The notes beneath the pieces were generated by a model. That model ran no database searches, had not been told where the DNA came from, and worked only from the letters and a program-made list of their open reading frames with translations. Made by a program: the position numbers and the translations under genes. Positions 12,433 through 26,809 of a stretch of 64,000 nucleotides of DNA are shown in pieces. The DNA lies in the NCBI GenBank assembly GCA_964016885.1, contig OZ024747.1, positions 57,040,001 through 57,104,000 on the forward strand, given 5' to 3'. Each line of letters begins with the position of its first letter. Positions within the stretch are counted from its first letter, which is position 1. The stretch comes from Eledone cirrhosa (taxonomy: Eukaryota).

Positions 12433-12949
12433 TGGGGATTATTTTCTTTGTTTTTGTGCCTCTCCTTTGTTCTGTCCTACGCCATCTTGTTTTTGTTGTG
12501 TGCTTAGTTTGTGCATGTGTTACATCCGGGTGTCTGTGTGTGTTTATATTTGTTTATTTATTTGTTTATTTACATGTTACTGGTTGGTTGTTTGTTCTAT
12601 GTGTGTGTGTGTTTTCATTTTGTCCTTAATTGTAAGTTGTGTCTAAACATTACGTCTTTTAGAGACGCAATGTTTAGACAAATCACAGAGGCAATAAACA
12701 TAAATGAACTCCAACCAAAATTAAATAGAAAACATGAATGGAATAGCAACATCACAACTTACAATTAAGGACAAAATGAAAACACCCACACATAGAGAAC
12801 AAACAACCAACCAGTAACATGTAAATAAACAAATAAAAGCACACACAGACACCCGGATGTAACACATGCGCAAACTAAGCACACAACAAAAACAAGATGG
12901 CATAGGACAGAACAAAGGAGCGGCACAAAAACAAAGAAAAGAATCCCCA

Positions 12950-12992
12950 GTCATTGAAGAGGTCACAGAATGTGTGACGAAAGGACTTTGAC
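12950..12992 (+). ncRNA. Minimal hammerhead motif, core C3 mutated to U
   Basis: GUCA-UUGAAGA-G-GUCACA/UGUGAC-GAAA-GGAC-UU-UGAC. Confidence 0.5.
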
Positions 12993-13141
12993 AATATATG
13001 AACAATCGTCTGGTTGGGGAACCAACCAACCAACCGGAAATTTATAAATTCCTAAATTTATAAATTTAATTTATAATAAATTGAAGTGAAAGCAACTGGT
13101 GCGTTTGTTTCTTATTGGCAACATGACCCTCCTAAAGCATG

Positions 13142-13201
<60 letters not shown>

Positions 13202-13287
13202 TTCATATATACATACAGGCAGACACATATATACATATATACATACAGGCAGACATACATATATACATACATACATATATATGTACA

Positions 13288-13869
13288 TAGTGGCTGCCAA
13301 CTCGTTTTCAAGTACAGCCACTACTTTATATCCATGTAGGAGAACCCCTGTCGATGCGCTAAACAAGTGTGACTTTTTACTCCAGCCAGCGACTTGAAAA
13401 CTCTGGTACAAACACTACACCTGTGACAATTATTGACACATAGTGCTGGGCCCATGGTACCATGTGACGACAAGTTCAGTGAGATCTCCAGATATAAAGC
13501 AATGCCTGTGCCGTGAAGCTTTTATAGTGAGCAAAGGCACTGCACAAAGCCAGTCCCACTCTCTTAACCAAGATGATATTTACCAAAAAGAAGAACAAGT
13601 CAACATCATTGGATACCATCAGGGTTGCAGGTGTTATATCAGAGTTTTCCTTCTCCTAGAATTCTGCCTTGATTTTGGATGGCCATTGACTCTTAAGAGC
13701 TCCTTTCCCCTTTGACAGGTTTTGTTTTTAGTCCTGCTGGATGTCCAAAGTCACCCTCCTCACCAAAAAACATTGGTGGGGTTGCTAGTTTAGTCGCCAA
13801 CGACCCGACCATGGGACAGGTTGTACTGGAATACATATTATCAGTAGCACCAACTGGTGACCTGACATA
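13288..13869 (-). mobile_element. Non-autonomous retroelement family C (RTE-related), colinear copy
   Basis: High similarity to 20691-21228 and 40567-41175; fixed end next to TA-rich repeat; CTAGGAGAAGGAAAACTCTGA and GGCGACTAAA motifs recalled from RTE 5' regions; strand inferred. Confidence 0.65.
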
Positions 13870-14544
13870 AATGTATCATAAATACAAACATATATACATA
13901 CATATATATACATGCATACATACAAGCAGACATACTTACATATATACATATATAGATACAGGCAAACATACATATATACATATGTGCATACATACATACT
14001 TACATGCATGCATACATACATTCATACATACACACATATAATGTGGACATATGTATAATATATGAGTGAATATATGTATGAGTGGTTGTGTGTGTGTGTG
14101 TGTACATGCATTTAAGGAAACCCTCAAATATTGAAAACAGAAAATAAAAAAATATTTTTTCTTAAGTTTATTCAACTGTAAAATAGTTTTTTTCTGGTAG
14201 AGACAAAATGGAGGTGATGGTGGTTGTGGTGGTGTTTAAGGGTCTCCAAATGGAGTGGGGTGTAGTGAAGAGGATGGGAGTCCTTGGTGACAGTTTATCT
14301 TGGAGTAAAGGGATAAAGATAAGATAGGGTGAAAGAAAAGGAAGAGAGGGAGAGTAAGAGAAAGAAGAGATGAGGAGAAAGGGAGACAGAGAAAGAGAGA
14401 GAGGGGGAGAGAAAGAGAGAGAAATGGAGAGAGGGAGAGAGAGAGAGAGGGAGAGGGTGTTAGGAAAATAATAAAAAAAAGGAAAATGGAAATAAGGAGT
14501 TTCAGAAAAGACGAAGAAAGAGAGTGAAAGTGAAATAGTGAATG

Positions 14545-14992
14545 GTGATGGTAGTGGTAGTAGTGTCGGTTGTAGTGTTAGTGGTAGTGGTACTAGTGTT
14601 GGTTGTAGTGTTAGTGGTAGTTGTCGTAGTGTTAGTGGTAGTGGTTGTAGTGTTGGTTGTAGTGTTAGTGGTAGTGGTAGCAGTGTTGGTTGTAGTGTTA
14701 GTGGTAGTAGTGTTCGTTGTAGTGTTACTGGTAGTGGTGGTGTTAGTTGTTGTGTTATTGGTAGTGGTAGTGGTGGTGGTGGTGGTGGTAGTGGTGGTGG
14801 TGGTGGTGTTGGTTGTAGTGTTAGTGGTAGTGGTAATGTTAGTGGTGGTGTTAGTGGTAGTGGTGGTGTTAGTTGTAGTGTTAGTGTTAGTGGTAGTGGT
14901 GGTAGCTGAGGAGGCAGAGGTGGTGGTGGTGGTGGTGGTGTTGGTTGTAGTGGTGATAACTGAGGTGGTGGTGGTGGTGGTGGTGTTGGTGC
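14545..14992. repeat. (GGT/AGT/TGT)n low-complexity tract
   Basis: Trinucleotide-based degenerate repeat. Confidence 0.8.
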
Positions 14993-16119
14993 TGACAGAA
15001 GTGGTTGCCTGGATTTAAAGGAAACAGTGTTATATCAGTAGATCTTTAAGCAATTCTAATGAAAGGGACCTTTGAGTATTAAAAATAAGAATTGATGGAG
15101 AGGGAAGATGGAAGAGAAAGACAGAGAGAAAGAGAGTGTGTGTGTGTGTGTTAGAGAGAGAGAGGGGGAGCAGTGACAAGTGACAGAAAGGGAGGGAGAG
15201 AGAGAGGGGAGCAGTGACAGAAAGGGAGGGGAGAGAGAGAGAGCAGTGACAGAAAAAGAGGGGAAAGAGAGAGGGAGAGCTGTGAGAGAAAGAGAAAGGA
15301 GAGAGGGAGAGAGAAGTGAGAGGAGAGAGGGAGAGAGAGCAGTGACAGAAAGAGAGTGGAGAGAGAGAGAGGGAGGGAGAGATAAAGCAAGGTGGAATGT
15401 AAATACAGGCGTCGAGACGGAAGAAATCAATAACTGCATCAAAGTAAAATAAAATTCATAAAATATCAACATGACAACAAGAACAACAAATTCTTAACGG
15501 AACTAAACACACAAATTATATATAACAATAAAAATGTAGTTAAACAGAAAAGAAATTTAAAGAGCCGTATAATATATTTTAGTGAAGTGGTTTAAAGTGA
15601 ACTGGGAGGAATATAATATCAAAAAAACATAAACAAATGGATGAAATATCTAATAAATGATACATAAAGAAATTTTCAATGAAATTTCAAAGAATTTTGG
15701 TGAAATAAATTAAGTATAATGTGATGAAGATGTGTGGAAGAGAGGATAGGAAAACATACAAAATATAAAGATAAGGGAAAATAAAGAATAAATGTGAAAA
15801 TGTTTGTAAAAAACTAAAACATATAATGTATAGTAACAAAATGGCGTGGAAATGTAAATATGGGGAATAAATTTAACAAAGTGGAATATTTAAATAGGGA
15901 AGTTAAAAAGGCATAAAATATATAAAGTAAAACAAACAAGAGCAAGAAAATATGGAAGAAATATTTGCCTGTCTGTTTGTTTGTATATTAATCTATCTGT
16001 TTAGTTATTGATCTTAATCCATTTATCTATCTATTTTAGAAAACTAATCCACCTTATTTTTTCATACATTTTTATGTGTTTCATATATTTTTATGCATGT
16101 ATTTTGTGTAAATATGTAA

Positions 16120-16319
16120 NNNNNNNNNNNNNNNNNNNNNNNNNNNNNNNNNNNNNNNNNNNNNNNNNNNNNNNNNNNNNNNNNNNNNNNNNNNNNNNNN
16201 NNNNNNNNNNNNNNNNNNNNNNNNNNNNNNNNNNNNNNNNNNNNNNNNNNNNNNNNNNNNNNNNNNNNNNNNNNNNNNNNNNNNNNNNNNNNNNNNNNNN
16301 NNNNNNNNNNNNNNNNNNN
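16120..16319. other. Assembly gap (200 N)
   Basis: Run of N; GTGTAAATATGTAA occurs on both sides. Confidence 0.99.
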
Positions 16320-16847
16320 GTGTAAATATGTAAGTATATATGTGTGTATTTATGTAAGTACATATGTATGTATTTATGTATGTAAATATGTAAGTATGTA
16401 TGTATGTATATATTTATATATGTAAGTATGTAAGTATGTATATATGTATTCATGCATGTATGTTTGTTTGCATATATGATTATTAATATGTATATATATA
16501 TATATATATATACACATACACACACATACATATCTTTCTCTCTATATATATATACATACTGGGGTTGGTGCATTGAATAGTGTAATTAAGACATTCAAAC
16601 ATTAATTGAATGAGCACTCAATACATGTGAACAGAGTGTAAGATTTATTTTCTGACAGGGACTTCTAAATTTTAGCTATTGCTTCATCATCATACATATA
16701 CATACAAACATACATACATGCATACAAACTTACATACATACATGCATACAAACTTACATACATACATGCATACATACATACATACATACATACATACATA
16801 CATACATACATACATACATACATACATACATACATACATACATACAT

Positions 16848-17370
16848 GATGGATGCAAACTCTGCTAAGATTATTGCAATTGCTTGTCAGGTTACAAAAT
16901 ATGGTGCACTTCTAGGCTAAGGCCAGCCATACGAACCTGTAACATATCCTGAGCAAGCAAAGCCTGTGTTTGAAGATTTTTTAAGTGGGGAAAAGGCCTT
17001 GCACTCAACCAATCCCACTCTCTGAGCATCGGAAACTCTACCCGAAAAGGAGAACTGGTCAACATCATTGGATGCTTCCGAAGCTGCAGGGTTTCCGCTC
17101 TCTTAGAAAGGTGTTGTGACAACAACTGGGGGCATTTCACTCCCAGGTAAAAAAAAGTAAAAAAAGTACTATTTGGATGGCTGTTGACTCTGCTGAGTTC
17201 CTTTGCCATTTGCCGGGTCTTGTATTTCATCCAGCAGGGTGTCCGAATATCACCCCCTCCCTCACCAGGCAAGCTTGGTGGGGTTGCCAGTTTAGTCGCC
17301 GATGACCTGACCATGAGACAGGTTGTACTGTGTTACATGTTACCAGTAGCACTCAAGAGTGACCTGACAT
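16848..17370 (-). mobile_element. Diverged relative of family C
   Basis: Shares CCCACTCTCT, GTCAACATCATTGGAT and GGGGTTGCCAGTTTAGTCGCC...GTGACCTGACATA blocks. Confidence 0.65.
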
Positions 17371-17399
17371 ACATACAAGAGAGTTTCTATAATTTAATA

Positions 17400-18200
17400 C
17401 AAAGACCTTTTGAAAATCTCAATATCATTGATGAGGCCCTTCCACTCCAGTGAAAGAGAAGGATCTGTCTGAGCCTCACATGATAGAATCATTGAAACTG
17501 TTTAGGATGGTGCCAATACATGACAATAAGAGAGCACACATGCAACTTTCCACAATGCATTTCTGTTAACAATATCGAAAGCTTTGTCAGATCAAAAAAG
17601 CTAATACAAGTTCAATGCAATTTTCCTGAAGCTGTCTAGCTGAGAAAATCATGTCAGTAATGCTGGGTCAGTCAGGAAAACCAGATTAACTTTCAGAAAG
17701 AACAAAATCAGCAACATTCATTAACCGACTGTATAGAAGCACCTCACATAAAACTTTACAAGAAAAAGCAATGATATACCCCAATAGTTTCCACAATCAT
17801 GCTCGTTACTGTTTCCTTAATACAGAACTACCATTACCACATCTCTCCAGTCCTCAGTTATGGACTCACAAGCCCAGCATTTTGCCAAACAAAAATTAAA
17901 GATGTTGTAGAACTTTCTCACAACCATATTTTAAGAGCTCTAAATACATACATCTACACTTGGAGACCTTCAACTGTTCATCCTCAAGAGAGCTACTATA
18001 AATTCATCTAATGTCAGATGTTCTCCAAGAGTTACTTTTAAAGGTTTTTCCAAAATTAGATTGAAAAAGTCCTCATTGACCATGGAGATCTGGTTCAAAA
18101 GTTAATCAAAGTGCTCTCACCACCTTCACAAAAATATCTCTGCCTGTGTTAAGCAATTAAACCGGCTGTAGCCAGCTACTCAAACTGATGTTTAGGTATT
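17400..18200 (-). pseudogene. Degenerate RTE (BovB-like) LINE reverse transcriptase fragment
   Basis: Minus-strand translation with frameshifts: DWRD..., DCGNYWGISL, SITDMIFSARQLQENCIE, FDLTKAFDIVNRNALWKV. Confidence 0.8.
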
Positions 18201-18559
18201 GTCCTCAAAATAAATAATATCAAAATCTCAGATTCGATATTATGTGAGATAATTATGTGAAAATACCGTGAAAATATAATAGTAAATACAGAGTAATTCA
18301 AATGATAGAGGGTTAAAGCACTTGATCAGAAGTTGATTAGACTGTCACAAACATGGAAGCGTAAGCCTGTAATATATCAGCTCCCTCATGTAATTGTGTT
18401 ATCATCTGGTGATGTCACACTAGTGTCAGGTGCTGTAGAAATAATCACACAACAGCTCTAAATTGGTGACACTGAAATATGTATTATCCAAGAAATATCA
18501 TTATGTAACATCTGTTGCAATGTTGGTTTTAAATATATATGTACGTAAATACATACATG

Positions 18560-18609
<50 letters not shown>

Positions 18610-18640
18610 TAGATACACACATACATATATACATATATAA

Positions 18641-18700
<60 letters not shown>

Positions 18701-18728
18701 GTACACATATATATAAATATAAGTATAA

Positions 18729-18773
<45 letters not shown>

Positions 18774-18782
18774 TATATATAT

Positions 18783-19040
18783 AAGAGAGTATTGAAGTTT
18801 GCTTGAAGCATTGTAGAATAATAAGGTAAATTTCTTTAAGTTGTTTGGAAGCCTCGACAGTGCAGATGGGTAAATCTCTGGGTAACAAGATCTGGAATGC
18901 ATTCCTCTACACGTTACAGTCTTATACACGCCACGCATCTCAACGTACACCCACTTACATCTCTCTCTCCACCACCGGATCTTGTTACCCAGAGATTTAC
19001 CCATCTGCATTATCGAGGCTTCCAAACGACTTAAAGAAAT
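18783..19040. mobile_element. Asymmetric fold-back in (TA)n, probably PLE-derived
   Basis: ~65-nt inverted arms (ATTTCTTTAAG...AAGATCTGG / CCGGATCTT...CTTAAAGAAAT); left arm has ~46 extra nt; no hammerhead seen. Confidence 0.6.
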
Positions 19041-19064
19041 ATATATATATATATATAAATATAA

Positions 19065-19116
<52 letters not shown>

Positions 19117-19321
19117 TCAAGAACATCCCAACCCCATCCAGGACTACTTATGAGAAATTACTGATAGCTAGTACCACAGCTAGTAAACAAGGACCCACAC
19201 CCCACCCTCCCGTACCAAAATTAGACTTATTGTCCCCTGCTTTTGCTCTTTACTCTCTTTACTCTTTGTTCTTGAATGTTTGGTTGGTAGAGTCCATAAC
19301 ACCAATCAAACCCCTTTTATA

Positions 19322-19366
19322 GCTCTGACGAATCCTACGGTTACGTAAGGAAGAAACATTGTAAGC
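19322..19366 (+). ncRNA. Minimal type I hammerhead motif in a TA-flanked insertion (~19116-19411)
   Basis: GCU-CUGACGA-A-UCCUACG/CGUAAGGA-A-GAAA-CAUUG-UA-AGC. Confidence 0.65.
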
Positions 19367-19524
19367 CAATAATAATCTTTTGATGTTGTACACGCTCTTG
19401 TGTTCTTTATCATATATATATATATATTTCGTTTCTGAATTTGTTTAGCAAGATTCTTTATCTGAACAATATATATATATATATATAACAATATATATAT
19501 ATATATATATAATATATATATATA

Positions 19525-20648
19525 GGAATGGAGTTTAGTGAGGAATTCCAGATACAAGTAGGAGTACATCAGGGTTCAGTCCTCAGCCCGCTCTTGTTCA
19601 TTATAGTCCTCCAAGCCATAACAGAGGAGTTTAAGACTGGCTATCCATGGGAACTTCTCTATGCTGACGATCTGGTTCTTATAGCAGAATCAGTAGAGGA
19701 GCTAGAGAATAAATTCTGGCTATGGAAACAGCAGTTGGAAGCAAGAGGACTGAGAGTGAACCTAGCTAAGACAAAAGTGTTGATGAGTAGAAAAGAGGAC
19801 AAAACCCTGATTCCGTCAGGGAAATGGCCATGTTCGATATGCAGAAAAGGAACTGGCATAAATTCTATAAAATGCACACAATGCAGATCCTGGGTACACA
19901 AGAGATGTAGCGGGATAGCAGGCAAACTAACAGGTAGGGAGAAATATGTATGTAGTAGATGTACAGGGAAATTAGACAGTAGAAGTTGCATTGATAGACA
20001 CATTTTTCAAATGCAGGAGGGCGCTATAGAAGTGGGGGATAGCTTCCGGTACCTAGGAGATCAGATTAGTATGGGAGGAGGGTGTTCCGAGGCCATAGTA
20101 TCTAGAATAAGGACGGGTTCGAAGAAGTTTAGGGAGCTGCTTCCTCTGTTGATGAAGAAGGGTTTCTCCCTGCATACGAAAAGCCGGTTGTATGATGCCT
20201 GTGTGATGAGCACGATGCTGCATGGGCAGCAACTACAGAGGATATGCGACGGCTGGAGAGAAATGAGGCAAGCATGCTCCATTGGATGTGCAGTGTAAAT
20301 GTGCGTGAACGACCCAGCATAAATGTGTTGAGAGAGAAACTGTGTCTGAAAGGGATAGAATGTAGTGTACGGGAAAGGAGACTGAGGTGGTATGGACATG
20401 TGATGCGCATGGAGGATGACCGATGGGTGAAGAAGTGCCAGGAAATGCCAGTTGAAGGAAGATGTGGTAGAGGTAGACCACGAAAAACATGGGCGGAGGT
20501 GGTGAGAACAGACCTCAGATCATTGAAGCTCACGGTGGAGATGACGAAGGACCGTGACGAGTGGAGAGATGGTGTGCTGAATAAGACCCATCCCACCCTT
20601 GCAAGAGGGAAAAGCGGACGTAAAATGATGATGATGATGATGATGATG
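19525..20648 (+). mobile_element. 5'-truncated RTE-clade LINE: RT C-terminal half with Cys-rich PHD-like insert, frameshift, (ATG)n tail
   Basis: GVHQGSVLSPLLF, LLYADD, WPCSICRKG..CTQCRSWVHKRC..CSRC, RLRWYGHVMRM, GRGRPRKTW. Confidence 0.93.
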
Positions 20649-20656
20649 ATATGTAT

Positions 20657-20690
<34 letters not shown>

Positions 20691-20691
<1 letters not shown>

Positions 20692-21219
20692 GGTGGCTGC
20701 CAACTCGTTTTCGAGTACGGCCACTACTTTATATCCATGTAGGAGAACCCCTACCGATGCGCTGAACGAGTGTGACTTTTTAGTCCAGCCAGCGACTTGA
20801 AAACTCTGGTACAAACACTACACTTGTGACAATTATTGACACATAGTGCTTTACCTTTGGTACCATGTGACGACAAGTGCAGAGAGATCTCCAGATACAA
20901 AGCAATGCCTGTGCTGTGAAGCATTTATAGTGAGCAAAGGCACTGCACAAAGCCAGTCCCACTCTCTTAGATGATATTTACCAAAAAGAAGAACAAGTCA
21001 ACATCATTGGATACCACTGTCTCGTGGTCGGGTCGTTGGCGACTAAACTGGCAACCCCACCAAGGTTTCTTGGTGAGGAGGGTGACTTTGGACATCCTGC
21101 AGGACTAAAAACAAAACCTGTCAAAGGGCAAAGGAGCTCTTAAGCGTCAATGGCCATCCAAAATCACTGGGAGAGATGACCCCTTAGCCTTTGTCAAGGC
21201 AGAATTCTAGGAGAAGGAA

Positions 21220-21228
<9 letters not shown>
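20691..21228 (-). mobile_element. Family C copy with ~210-nt terminal inversion
   Basis: From ~21018 the sequence is the reverse complement of the matching part of the colinear copy. Confidence 0.75.
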
Positions 21229-21307
<79 letters not shown>

Positions 21308-21375
21308 GGAAAATTTGAACAGGAACAAAACAGAGAGGCAGTACAACATAAACAAATTCAAAAAAGAAGTATCTA

Positions 21376-21419
<44 letters not shown>

Positions 21420-21778
21420 TATATACACATATATACACACACATATATATGGCACTCTCTCTCTCTCTATATATATATACATACACATATAGACATAAAA
21501 TAAAGTAAAACAAGGCAAACAAGTTTTCTATACAAATCTGAAAATTAGAACAAAAATAAAGGAAGAAAGATGAAAGGAAAAGAAGAAAGAAAGAAAATAG
21601 AGAAGAAAGACGACAGGAATTACATAAAATAAGATTTTTAGTGTGAAGCAATACAAAACAGAAAGGGTAATAGATGTATAAAATTGTATAAAGAAGTCAA
21701 GAATATAAAAGGTATATATATATCTACATTATATTTATATATATATATATATATTGTGAATATATATATATATATATA

Positions 21779-21975
21779 GGAACCAGTAAGACCCCGACAG
21801 CTGAGCTCAAGCCGTTTCGACGGCTAATTCTGGACTGAGTCCAGAATTAGCCGTCGAAACGGCTTGAGCTCAGCTGTCGGGGTCTTACTGGTTCCTATTA
21901 CCCACTCTACTACCTCAAGTATTGAGTACTTTGGTGCGTTATGGTCCACCTGGTTCCTTACCACATTTCCTTCGT
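21779..21975 (+). mobile_element. Short palindromic PLE-type fold-back (family P) with hammerhead 3' half
   Basis: Palindrome centred at 21837; GAAA-CGGCU-ugagcuc-AGCUG-UC-GGGG; long arm carries ACTC...GAGTACT; TA flanks. Confidence 0.8.
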
Positions 21976-22120
21976 TATATATATATATATATATATATAT
22001 TCACAATATATATATATATATATTGTGTGTATATATATATATATATATTCACAATATATATATATATTGTGTGTATATATATATATATACATATATATGT
22101 ATATATATATATATATATAT

Positions 22121-22392
22121 CTCAGACCGGGTGATGTGTTGTTTCCTTGAGCAAGACACTTTATTTCACATTGCTCCAGTTTACTCAGCTGTAGAAATGA
22201 GATGATAGGGACTGGGGTCCCTATCATTCCATTGCAAAGTTGTCGTGGAGGTGCCACGGCAAAAAAGCACCCAGCACTCACTGTAAATGAGGTTGGTGTT
22301 AAGAAGGGCATCCAGCTGTAGAAATCAAGCCAGAATCAGTTCCCGTCCCACCCTTGCAAGCAGGGAAATGTGGACGTAAAATGAAATGATGA
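22121..22392 (+). mobile_element. SINE family A, 5'-truncated, tail type 1
   Basis: Near-identical to 11510-11783. Confidence 0.88.
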
Positions 22393-22426
22393 TATATATA
22401 TATATATATTGTATATATATATATTG

Positions 22427-22461
<35 letters not shown>

Positions 22462-22809
22462 TGTATATTTATCATCATCATCATCATTTAACGTCTATCT
22501 TCCACGCTAGCAAGGGTTTAGACGGGAATTGTCCCACTTGAGGCAAGATTGTGTAGGGCTGTCTGCAGGTTTTCTACAGCTGGATGCCCTTCTTAACACC
22601 AACCAAGTTTACAGTGTGGACTGGGAGGTTTTTACCGTGTTACCTACACGGCCACATTACAGTGTGGACTGTGTGTTTTTTTGTCATGACACCTACACGA
22701 CCTCATTTATTTAGGACTGGATGTTGTGGTACCAACATAATTTTACATCGATAGGGGCGGTGTAGATGGGGTTGGGGGTAGGGTAGTTGGACGGCGGTGT
22801 ATTTTAGTT

Positions 22810-23105
22810 AAGAGGTGCCTACTGACTGTAGGTTTTGCTTTGTACTTAGGCAAGGTGAGTCTTCTGTATTACTGCGTAGCGCCAAAGATCTCGGTCCAGT
22901 GACATTGTCTTGGAGAGGTATAAGTGTGTAAGGTCGGAATTTATCAAGTCGTCCCAGGTTTTTCTGGGTCTGCCTACTCCGTAGCTTCCATCTATTTTGA
23001 TCGCCCTGCACTTTTTTATACAGCTGTCATCTTTCATGCGCATCATGTGACCATACCAATGTAGTTTTCTCTTGAGCAAACAGCATCTGATCCCTCTTAT
23101 TCCTA
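22810..23105 (-). pseudogene. RTE LINE 3' fragment
   Basis: KLHWYGHMMRMKDDSCIKKC...GRPRKTW. Confidence 0.85.
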
Positions 23106-23177
<72 letters not shown>

Positions 23178-23230
23178 AATGAAAGGATTACAAAGGAGAA
23201 TATATACTGTTAGAACATGTTTATATAAAA

Positions 23231-23271
23231 GCACCTACGTACGTTTCGCCCGAAAAGGGCTTATCATGGGC
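23231..23271 (-). ncRNA. Degenerate minimal hammerhead
   Basis: GCCC-AUGAUAA-GCCC/GGGC-GAAA-CGUACG-UA-GGUGC; core mutated, palindromic stem III intact. Confidence 0.5.
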
Positions 23272-23338
23272 ATAGAAAACTAAAGAGTGTGTATATATAC
23301 ATATATTGTATATATATTGTATATATATATATATAAAT

Positions 23339-23953
<615 letters not shown>

Positions 23954-26809
23954 TTCCCTAAAGAACAGAAAATATATAAAACATGGGAAAATAATTGTGT
24001 AAAAAATGTTTTTATTTTATTTTATTCTTTCAAAAAGAAAATTTTAAAAATTGCAGTAAATATCAAGAAGAAAAAATTGTAGATATCACCTCAAAAAATA
24101 TAACAACATGCTTGTATTGAGAGAGAGAGATAGAGAGAGTTAGAGAGAGGAAGGGCGATATAAAAACACCGGATGTTGAAGAGAATAAAAAAGAAAATTT
24201 TGATAAAAGCAGAAGATAACTAAAGTTGACAAATACAGGCAAATACAGACAAATAAATGGATAAGAAATGATAAGAATAATGATAATACTACTATGATAA
24301 AATAATACAAATAATAATGATAATAATAATGATTTCTATGGACAAGAATAATAACAATAATAATGTTGTAATGTAATAATAATAATTGCAATAAAATACA
24401 AATATTAGGCTGAAAGTAATGAAAAAATATGAGTAAAAAGTATATTTAAAATGGTAAATGTATATAAAATACTGTATATTTAAAATGATAAAAATAATGA
24501 TAATAATAATATAAGAAAAAGATGAAGGACAATAATAATAATAATATAAGAAAAAGATGAAGGACAACAATAATAATAATAATAATGTAATGTAATAATA
24601 GTAATAAAACATAAATATTAGGCTTGAAATAGCTGAAAAGAAAAGCAAAATAGCCAAAAGTATATTTAAAATAGAAGGGAAAACAAAGTTGAGTGTATCT
24701 CTTTAGTTAAACGCGATACGAGAATAGAAATTGACAAGAAAATTGAGAGTTTTAAGGAGATTTAAGTTGAAACAAAATTTGATTTATGTCTGGTAGCCAT
24801 TTTGTTTGAAAAAAATGGAGTGGAAAATGAAAATGGAAGAAAAATATGTACAAGAAAGCAAACCAAGAATGAAATTTATGTATGTTTGTTTCCTTATTTG
24901 TTGTTTATTTTTCCTCCCCGCTTTAACCACAAATTGAATGTTTGTCCCAACAGAATTGTTATAATGAAAAGAAGAAGAACAAAAAAGAAGGGGAACAGCA
25001 GGGAGCAAGATGGCGGTGTGATAAAGGGGAAGACAAGACTGGAACTACAAGATGAAAAGATTGAATAAAAGAAAGGCAAAACTAAAACAGTAAAATGTTT
25101 GTAAAATTAAGACAAGATCTTTCCTGTTTATTTTACATTGTTGTTGTTGATTATATTTATATTTTTGTTATTGTTTTGTTGTTGTTTTTTAAATCTATTT
25201 ATATTTTTCAAATATTTTATATCTTGTTTCTATGACTTTGTGTGGATCAGTTGTTTTTTTATTGTTGTTTTTGTTGTGCCTGTTTTTTTCTTTTACTTGA
25301 TCCTTAAACTTATACATTTTTATTTATAGCATTTGTGCTTATATATATTTATATACACACACATATATATATTTATATATATGCGTATTTATTTATATTT
25401 ATACATGCGCGTAATGGCAGGAAATGTCATTATTCCTAATTTAAATGTCTATTTACACATGCTGTGTGTATACATACATATATAGTTCAAGATTTAAAAA
25501 GAGAAACACACACGTATATATATATAAACATCTACTTACGTAAACAGATGTACATATACATACACAACAACATGGACACTCAATGATTGGCGACCCATAA
25601 GTAATGCAGCTTTTTGAACATGTTTTACACAGGAAACCATGAAACATTCATGAGACACATATACATTTGTCTCCTTCTCTCTCTCCTCTCTCTCTCTTCA
25701 AAGGCCTTTTTCTTCCTCTTCACTCCATTTTCATTTCTTTCCTACTTTCTTTTCTTCTTATTTTTTCTATTTTTTTCATAATTTTAAAAATTTCTTTTAA
25801 CTGTTTACGTTTTAAATATTTTTCTTTTTTGAAATTCTTCTTTTCCTCCTTTTCATTCATTCATGAAATTCTCTCTTTTTGTATATTTATATATTTATTT
25901 AACTATTAACTTACAGTCTATTTGTATATGTTTATTTATACAAATGTTACTGTTATTATTGTTGTTGTTGTATATATTTGTTTAATACAAATGTTATTGT
26001 TGTTGTTATATGTTTGTTTCTACAAATGTTGTTGTTGTTGTTGTTGTATGTTTGTTTCTACAAATGATGCTGTTGTTGTTGTATGTTTGTTGATACAAAT
26101 GTTCTTATTAATCTCCACTTTAATCTTTATAATGTCTCCAGTTGGCCAGATTAACAGTAAATTACTGAAATCATTGGAAACTTGTTGTTGTTGCTGTTGT
26201 AGTTGTTGGTGTTGTGATCTGCTTAATTTATCAATTAACTCATTTCATTACGTCTTCTCCTTCCTTTACTTCTCCCTTTTCTTCTTCTTCTCCTCCCCCA
26301 CCTCCTGCCTCTCCCACTCTCATTATATATATTTTATCATTTTATTCTAAATTTTATATTGTAATCTAAAGCTTCTCTTTTTACACCACTAGCACCACCA
26401 TCAACACCACCACCACCATCACAACCACCATCACCGCCATCATTGCAACAAACACCACCAACATCATCAATTCTACAAATACCAACACCATCAACACTAC
26501 CATCACAACCACTACCAATACCATCAACACCCCTACAACTACCAAGACCACCACTACCAATACCACCACCACCACCATCAACACCACCATCACCATCATC
26601 ATTAACAACACCATTACCACAACAATTATTCACTCACTTCTTTATCAACAAATATATCCCCCAAATCCACAAATAGTTATAGAGGTCACAGACAACAAGC
26701 ATCAACCTCTTTCTGGGCATGCAACAATTACAACAAACAATTGTTTTAAGACTATTTTTCCTGCTAAAACAAGTGTTAGCCTTACAGGTCCCTAAACAAA
26801 CTTTGCCAT

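Larger units (their letters stand above)
12194..13148. mobile_element. PLE 3'-end fold-back in (TA)n with GIY-YIG C-terminal remnant and two hammerheads
   Basis: ~450-nt inverted arms, centre ~12660; + strand encodes RDAMFRQITEAININELQPKLNRKHEW, resembling a PLE endonuclease C-terminus; related copies at 27786-28082 and 59968-60232. Confidence 0.8.

Noticed and set aside
14890-15030. Minus-strand splice acceptor followed by a proline-rich frame
   Set aside because: Frame runs into simple repeat; no donor site or homology support
16106-16333. Direct repeat across the gap as a target-site duplication
   Set aside because: It flanks an assembly gap in low-complexity DNA, so it is more likely a contig overlap or local tandem repeat
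25006-25016. CAAGATGGCGG YY1-like promoter motif
   Set aside because: Single short motif with no other promoter or exon evidence
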